Shown piece after piece: positions 55,707-64,000 of a stretch of 64,000 bases of DNA. The DNA is taken from contig OX597832.1 in NCBI GenBank assembly GCA_951406725.2, forward strand, positions 45,694,001-45,758,000. Reading direction: 5' to 3'. Position 1 is the stretch's first letter. Each line of letters begins with the position of its first letter. The notes under the pieces are model-generated. The model worked only from the letters and a program-made list of their open reading frames with translations, was not told the origin of the DNA and did no database searches. The position numbers were made by a program, and so were the translations under genes. Source of the DNA: Octopus vulgaris. Its lineage: Eukaryota.

Positions 55707-56859
55707 ACATAACTGTTGTGATATTCTTGTCGGCGCATCTATGATAGTGTGAAATATCTTTAAAGAATATATATTATTGATACCGAGGGTAATATTTATC
55801 ACCACTTACCAACCGCAGTGACGTTTGTCTTAACAAAACATCTACGTTTAAATGGAGAAAATTATAGCCAAAGATTTTTTTCTATCCCGTGCAAACAGTA
55901 AAAATCTAAAGAACTGTTGAGTTGCCACTAAGAATTTTCCGAAACAAAGGCTACACAAATTAAATTGCTTATTTTAGGATACATTACTATATTCGTTGGC
56001 AGGTATTGCGAAAAATAGCTTATCTTTACTTTTAACTCAAATGTCCCGTGTGAAAATAAGCTATTTTGGAGTAGAACTAATTTTGTACGTGGCGGCAAAG
56101 GTATCTATCTGTACTTTCTTTTTTAATCCACCTCAGATGAACATATTTATCTTTCACCTTAATTCTACGAGGTACAAACATGTCAGCTGATTCTTCAATA
56201 TTTTCGTGTTTGGATTTTCCTTGCCAGTAAAGCAAGTGCAAACAGTAAAGGCTTCAATATTGTATTATCTTTACAAATACTTTTCTAATATTTTCTTGCA
56301 GTTCAGTGCTTTAATTCTATAAAGTTATTATATTAAAGAATCAACATTTCCAGTTAAATAACAACGGTACGGTGAACGTCAGTAAATCGACTGCTCGCCA
56401 GGTGCTGACCCTATTTTTTTTCAGTTATGAAATCATTCTTTTAAAATCATATTTTCTTCACCAACAACATCCTGAATTTATGAATTTTACCTATACGCTG
56501 CATTTCAAACATATTTCGCAATCGAAAATTTAGTTATAGAAACAAATCTGTTTGCAGTTTTTCTGGTTGATTATGCTAATGATGAATTAAACAACGAATC
56601 TGAAACAACCACAACGAAAATGACTTCAGTATAAATCCCTGTTTGCAATATGAATTTGTGCAGAACGTTTTTTCGACTTTATTTCTTTGAGTCAATGAGC
56701 AGGAACCATGAAAATTATTGGTCGTCGGTAAGAAGAAAAAACGCAAATGTTTCTTGTTTTACTCATTTGAAATACCTGAAAAAGCTTTATAATCTTATTT
56801 AACACAACACATCTCCACCCTAGACATTTTGCATTTTACTTAATCATGTCAAGCTAACC

Positions 56860-57890
56860 AATATCTACTGATATCCCCAGCGTCACATGCTCTTACCCTT
56901 GTAGTGCATAAATCTAGTCTACATCAAATTTAATTTTGCTAAACTTCAGCTGTTAACTGCTCGACAACAACGTTTCTCATCTGATTTTAAAATCGAAAAC
57001 AAATATTCTACCTTATCATTTAGTTAAACCCCAGAGTTATAATCGTTATTCTTTCAGCATCATCTCTTCTTCCAAAGTATTTGGATGCCTAATAATTTCT
57101 TCCAACTGTATTCATCACTAATTCCTAGCAATAAGCTAAGGATTAGTGATGATTTTAATAGGATTATCTCGTCCAATTAATACTCCTGTGATGTCATCAA
57201 TTTTTACTAGGTATCAACCCATTGCAAGTGTTAACTAGGCACGATGACATCCTTTCATTTTAAAACATGGATTATCTAACCCATCGTAAGACGCAACTAA
57301 CTAAACACTTCCCTTCACAAACTGCATGCCACAGTACCTAAACCCATCCGTTAACAGAAACCCTTACAGAGCTATATCCCTTACATCTACAAATCCCAAA
57401 GTATAGCTTAATATGTCTAAATTATTACAGATAAACCATAAAGTGAGAAATTAGCAGATATAAAAATCTTTCCATTAATATATTCGTACGCCATACTATT
57501 TTATTTTATCCTTTCGTCCATTCTTCCCTTCATCATATTGCACATTATTTATCTGGTATCAATCTAAAATAACTATTTCCGCACATGGTACTTAGCACTT
57601 ATTAATCCTATATAAGTTCTTTGCACCAAAGCTTTTTCATATAACACTTGCCTATCTCCAAATCAAATGCTGCATTTGATATTAACCACAAGCCGATCAC
57701 GGTTATTAATGTAGTGTTAACGTTATAATTACATTCAAATCAAGTTTCTTATAAACGCCGCCCTTTCAGTTCCACTTCCCGATACACAGTGGCTGTCGAC
57801 TTGCTGACGAGTATGGCCATCGCTGAACAATTATACTAAAGAAAATGGCTATCAGCCGAAAACGTGTTGAAATCTTCGGTCAATAACAAC
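56860..57890 (+). mobile_element. Possible ancient Penelope-like relic (GIY-YIG-like fragment and a decayed hammerhead-like motif)
   Basis: PSVTCSYPCSA-NLVYI (one frameshift; cf. GVVYxIPCxxCxxxYIG) near 56876-56925; CTAAAGA-AAAT-GGCT-ATC-AGCC-GAAA at 57836-57861. Confidence 0.3.
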
Positions 57891-57980
57891 TTACAAAACG
57901 CCACAACAATTCTCACCTGAAATTCCAGGTAATTAAATAACAGGCAAGAACAAGATCTCCGGTTTTACAATTAAGCGAGT

Positions 57981-58066
<86 letters not shown>

Positions 58067-58083
58067 GTCTGTCTATCTGTCTA

Positions 58084-58116
<33 letters not shown>

Positions 58117-58180
58117 TTCTGTGTGTGTGTTTCTGTCTGTCTCTGCATGTGTCTATCTATTTATCCAACTATCTATCTAT

Positions 58181-58239
<59 letters not shown>

Positions 58240-58501
58240 GTATAATGTAAGAAACATTCTAATCGTCTGGCCCCGTTCCCCACAAAATTTCGGGCCTTGT
58301 GCCTAGAGTAGAAAACAATGTTATTCAATATCTCCAAGGTGATAGCTGTAACAGCGAAAAGAACTTGGGATGTGAACAACAACATACAAGTGAGAGAGTA
58401 AATTATGCCCCTATACAAGCGATATAGTTAAATACGTATACACTTACATACCTATATATCTATCTGTCCGTTTGTCTGTCAGTCAGTCTGTCTGTCTGTC
58501 T

Positions 58502-58550
<49 letters not shown>

Positions 58551-58643
58551 CATATATGCATATATATAAATATATGTATATATATATGTGTGTGTATACA
58601 TGCATACATGTATGTATGTATGGATTTATGTATGTATATATGT

Positions 58644-58681
<38 letters not shown>

Positions 58682-58873
58682 AGATGCTTGTATATATGGT
58701 TTGTTAAAGAGGGAAGTCAATGTAATCCATTTTGCTTCGTCCTCAGACTCATTACAGCACATAATATCACTCTAAGTCGCTTAGGAATACGAAAGATCTG
58801 GAAATATATAATCGTGTTTATTTGTATGTAGGCGTATATATACATACACACACATACATACAAACATACACAT

Positions 58874-58965
<92 letters not shown>

Positions 58966-59148
58966 AATATATAAATGCGTGTGTGTATGTATGTATATAT
59001 GCATATATATATATACACACATATATATATACACATATATAGATTTATACATACATATATTTATATAGGCATATATATATATCTATAAATCTATACACGC
59101 AAATACACGCACACAAGCGCACTCCCGTACACACACACACACATACAC

Positions 59149-59208
<60 letters not shown>

Positions 59209-59514
59209 CATGCATTTAATGAAAATTCCCTCCTATAGGTTTGGTCCAGTTCCATTAACTGTGTGCGTATGTATGTCTGTGTGTAAACATTTATACACGC
59301 GCAGATGCATACGTAAGTCTAAACACATTCACACACATATACACACGTTCCCATTTTGCATAGCTATAAGTATGTACATATTATATATACATCGCATTAT
59401 ATATTAGCATATTTATTCTAACACATATACATAACTGAATATATATATATATACACATACAAATATACATATATATGTCTATATATATAGTTATATATAA
59501 ATATATATATATGC

Positions 59515-59601
<87 letters not shown>

Positions 59602-60163
59602 GTATATATACTTATATATATGGAGAACAACATCATCCATGTGCTCGCTCTCTCCACACTCAATTTACCTATTAGTTAGTTGCAAAGTAGTGACAAGCTA
59701 ATGGATAATCTTCAATTGAATATCATTCATTAATTCAATAAACGCTTATTATTAAAGGCAAGTCTGATTAATAATGAAATCATTACGAGGCATGTGTACA
59801 TCACGTGGCCCATAATTTACATTTAGTTCTCATACTTTTGCCAACCATGAAACCAGCCGCTCGAATGTGTGCGAGTATGTAATAATAAACGTGATGTGAA
59901 TTAATGGATGGAAGGAGATGACAATCTCGCACTTATGGTGTGAGACTGGGTCTGTGCCAAGTAAGTATAATATGACGAATACTAATGTAGTGTTTCGTAA
60001 AGCATTCAACCGTTGGGACAGCATCGAGAACTTTGCAGTTGTTTGGCTATTTAGGAAAAAGTTATGCGGTGACAAATTATCTGTATATTTTGTAAAGCTA
60101 TAAGAGGATTTGAGTTCCACACTTAGCTAATGAAATACTCGTGTCTTGTTATCGCTATGGATA

Positions 60164-60295
60164 GAAGTATAGCTCGCTGGTTAAGTCGCTGCCTGATGAT
60201 CGTCAGGGTTTAGGTTCGACTCTTGGACAGAGTGGTACGTTACGTCCTTTAGCAATTTACTTATTTCCCATTGGTGCAGTTCAGTCAGCAGAAAG
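60164..60295 (+). mobile_element. Old tRNA-derived CORE-like SINE relic
   Basis: TAGCTCGCTGGTTAAG (A box), GGTTCGACTC (B box), and GTCCTTTAGCAA core-like segment. Confidence 0.55.
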
Positions 60296-60952
60296 GTGAC
60301 CACCTCTGGTATCTGAAGGCTGATCATATTACCTACTCTTGTTGCATTCGGGAGGTATTTTACTCTCTTATTTATCTAAAGAACTCGTAAATCCAGACAA
60401 GCCCCGACGTAATGAGCTAGTTTCAATGCAGACATTTGTTCTGATATTTTGTTGATATTGCTGTTGTTGCTATTAGCTTCAGGTTAAATGTGATCAAGAG
60501 ACGTCACTTCATTTAACGGGTGTCAAAGCTTAAATCATCCCATTAACCACACAGCTTCTCCCAACTTGTTGCGGCCATTTCTACATTTATAACACATTTA
60601 TTATAATATCGAACTTTTAGAAACGTTGGTCTGTTTGAATTTATAGTTTCGTTAATTTACATTCTGAATATTAATCTCGATGAAGTCTGGTTCATCTTTC
60701 GTCATTCTTAGTTCGGTAAGTAAATTTGGTAGACGGAGACACTTTGGTAGCCCGCCTCTTATACGTGGGTACATCCATCCATCCATCCATCCATCCATCC
60801 ATCCATCCATCCATCCATACATACATACATACATACTCAGAAAGCTTCGAACGACCCTTCCTTGTTTTTTTGTATCATTTAACTTGATGTTTTGTTGTCT
60901 CTTTTTGTATGACCTAGTTGTCCGGATGTATTGCGTTCTTGTCCCATTTTAT

Positions 60953-61009
<57 letters not shown>

Positions 61010-61013
<4 letters not shown>

Positions 61014-61228
61014 GTAAAAACGGTAAGATAACAACAGAAAGAAAGAGACTTCAATATTATGTAAATAGAGGAATTTATCTATAAAATAATATGTGACAAT
61101 TATTCGGTAGCCAAGATAAAACTCTGAGTTTCGGATGCCGAAGAGATGGTATTGTGGATTTCCACCTAGCCATCCAAAACTCAGAGTTTTATCTTGGCTA
61201 CCGAATAAATGTCACATATTATTTTATA
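61010..61228. mobile_element. Penelope-like inverted terminal structure (family P3): 58-bp inverted repeat with hammerhead remnants
   Basis: 61080-61137 is the reverse complement of 61171-61228 with 2 mismatches; the centre has GAAGA-GATGG...GTGGATTTCCAC...CCATC-C-(A/G)AAA-CTCAGAG-TT; flanked by (TA)n. Confidence 0.6.
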
Positions 61229-61639
61229 TATATATATATATATATATATGTATACTCGTCATGGAATTCCTTGAACTGAGTATAACTAAACGTGAAAGTG
61301 TTTCGATTTCAGAAATCAATATTTGGTTATCATACATTAAAACTAAATTATCACTGGAATATATGAAGTGTTAACTATTTCGGATGTCTTTCTCAGCCAG
61401 TGTAGAGAAAGTCGAGAAAGCCAATATAGTAATTATCAGAGAAGCCAGCGACAACGCCAACTGTGATCTGGGCGTCTTTACGGTATCTATTGACTTTATT
61501 TTTACAGAAGATCATTTCATGATTGAAGTTTGCTTGCTCTATCGACTTGGCCAGAAGCGAATCTGATAATTACAGGATTAATTAACTTAATAAAAATATA
61601 GGAATTAATGGATTAATCATATTAATTAATTAGATGGAT

Positions 61640-61676
<37 letters not shown>

Positions 61677-62681
61677 TGTTTGGACTATGGTAAATAGATA
61701 AAGGCGTTCCATTTTATATCAATGTAGCAACAAACAAATGAATTCATACATGCACAAACATATGCACACGCATACAAAGCAGACGCATGCATACCTACCT
61801 ACGTATCTACGTACGTACCTACCTACATATCTATCTACCTACCTACCTACCTACCTACGCGCGTTCGGATGACCTATACTCAACTCATCTACTGCTACTT
61901 AGCTCTGTTCTAGTCTACCTTCACGTCTAGGCTTCTTCCCTCTATATTTACGTATTTGGCTAGCCTACTTCATCGACTGGTGGCGTCCACACAACAGTAT
62001 GTATGTGTCTATGTATGTATGTATGTATGTATGTATGTTTGTATGTATGTATGTATGTATGTATGTATGTATGTATGTATGTATGTATGTATGTATCTAT
62101 CTATCTATCTATATATCTATCTATCTATTTATGTCATTATTCAGTTTTATTTCAAGATTTCTTGCCTATAAAGAAAGACTCTGTTTCTAACCAAGATCTA
62201 ATGCACCATTATTGGAATTTAGACATCAACAGTGTATTTATATTTGTATGTATACGTGCGGGGTTGTTTGTTTCGTTTTATGTATGTATTTCCATACATA
62301 TACTTGCATAACCAGACAAGGTCAAATATACGTAACTGACAAACTTCTGGAAAGTTTTACCGATATTTACAGTTCCAGTGATGACTTAAATCTGTAGTCT
62401 TCGAATTAGCTTTCTCCCTTCTGGTTGTGAAAAGCCCAATTTCTCAAGACTGATATTCAGGCAATGTGTTACATATCCCACTGCCCCATTAATTACAGGT
62501 ATAACCCTAAACTTATAATCTGGATAGAGTAACGGCAGCTTTCTCAATAATTCACCGTAGGTATTCTATTTTCCGCTGATTTTTAGCTTTATGTTAACAT
62601 CCGCTGGGCAGCTGATTTCTACAACTGTACACAGTTTCTCTTCTCTATTCCAAATCATTATATCATGTATATTGTGTTTAC

Positions 62682-62734
<53 letters not shown>

Positions 62735-62736
<2 letters not shown>

Positions 62737-62895
62737 ATAGGGGGAGAATTCACAAAAAAGCAAAAGACGAAGACAGGTAGCATAGAAAAAAACAGATGTA
62801 TTAGTATAAAGGTCGGGAAGTGAAAAAGTCTTTAACGTTTCGAACCTACGCTCCTTCACAGAAAGGAACACAGAAAGAAACAAGGAGAGAAAATA
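62735..62895 (-). mobile_element. Penelope-like fragment P1
   Basis: Reverse complement TTCTGTGAAGGAGCGTAGGTTCGAAACGTTAAAGACTTTTTC...ATACTAATACATCTG...ACCTGTCTTCGTCTTTTG; homologous to 7209-7359. Confidence 0.6.
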
Positions 62896-62949
62896 AACAA
62901 TGTGCAGTGTCTATCGATCTATCATGGCGACTATATATATATACATAAA

Positions 62950-63046
<97 letters not shown>

Positions 63047-63193
63047 CTGTGTGTGTGTGTGTGTGTGTGTTTGTGTGTGTGTATGTATGTATTTTGGTAT
63101 TGTTATCGAGGGCAATACAAATAGTTGATAATAGCAACCTTAATATCGGTGGTTGCAAGCCTAAAATACCATTATATAGCTATAGAATAAAAA

Positions 63194-63466
63194 TTATATC
63201 AATCATAGGGGCACACGAATGCGCCTGCTTGCTAGATATAAAAGTTAAAATCCTCGTTTAAACCACCCAAAATAACACTGAAAATAACAACAGAATCAAC
63301 AGTAAGAAATATAGAGCATTATGCTATATAGGGGTATGAAAGAATTTTTGCGATCTGTTCGCCCGAGCACTGTTGATTCTGTTACTATTTTCAGTGTTAC
63401 TTTTGGTGGTTTTAACTCCTATTTCTAGCAGGCAGGCACATTCATGTGCCCTTATGATTGATATAA
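63194..63466. mobile_element. Foldback MITE-like element with arms of about 100 bp, unclassified
   Basis: TTATATCAATCATAGGGGCACACGAATGCGCCTGCTTGCTAGA...CAGAATCAACAGT (63194-63303) vs ACTGTTGATTCTG...TCTAGCAGGCAGGCACATTCATGTGCCCTTATGATTGATATAA (63369-63466). Confidence 0.82.
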
Positions 63467-63574
63467 ATCTGCCTAAGTACAACAACCTTCACTAATGCTA
63501 GTAAGTGTCGCGTTGCATATCATGTAATCTATCCTAATTTTCCTTCTCCCCGCTTCTCGCTCCCTCTTTCTCTC

Positions 63575-63615
<41 letters not shown>

Positions 63616-63828
63616 CGCACACACTCTTGCACTCTTGCACAAACGCACTCAAACACACACGAACGACTCGTAGTTTCCCTCACGTAATTTTGTACACGGT
63701 GACGTATTTTAATCTATCATTATTAATAATTGTGTGAGAGTAACAGTTTTGTAATTAGCCAAAGATTGCTCTCAAGATTACAAGTTTAGAAACAAGATTG
63801 TATTTCATTTTGTTCGTTTTATTTTTAC

Positions 63829-63835
63829 TATATCA

Positions 63836-63902
<67 letters not shown>

Positions 63903-63907
63903 CACTA

Positions 63908-63986
<79 letters not shown>

Positions 63987-64000
63987 CATCATCATTATTA
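63829..64000. repeat. (ATT)n microsatellite running to the window end
   Basis: Read directly. Confidence 0.96.

Overview
AT-rich eukaryotic intronic or intergenic DNA, saturated with microsatellites and transposon relics. The SINE families and repeat load point to a coleoid cephalopod, most likely Octopus; this is inferred from recalled sequence, not a database search. I found no intact host gene, rRNA, true tRNA or CRISPR array. Nearly all supplied ORFs are translated simple repeats; a few overlap transposon relics. Supported content: (1) three tRNA-derived SINE families, here called A (CORE-like), B (Meta-like) and C (V-like), including tandem arrays, a dimer and a self-insertion with target-site duplication (TSD); (2) six R4/Dong-type LINE relics, plus three (AAT)n-tailed 3' ends of an unassigned non-LTR element; (3) a Tx1/L1-type 3' end inside (TCTA)n; (4) CR1 and RTE relics; (5) a Tigger/pogo transposase pseudogene; (6) several MITEs, including a hAT MITE, a mariner-like MITE and two GG-ended 8-bp-TSD elements carrying CCCTAA repeats; (7) several short Penelope-like fragments with hammerhead-ribozyme-like cores. 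The most interesting signals are the hammerhead-like motifs, including one split across both strands, apparent site-specific SINE-into-SINE insertion that would generate a mobile dimer, microsatellite-associated retroelements, and a cluster of nuclear-receptor half-sites.
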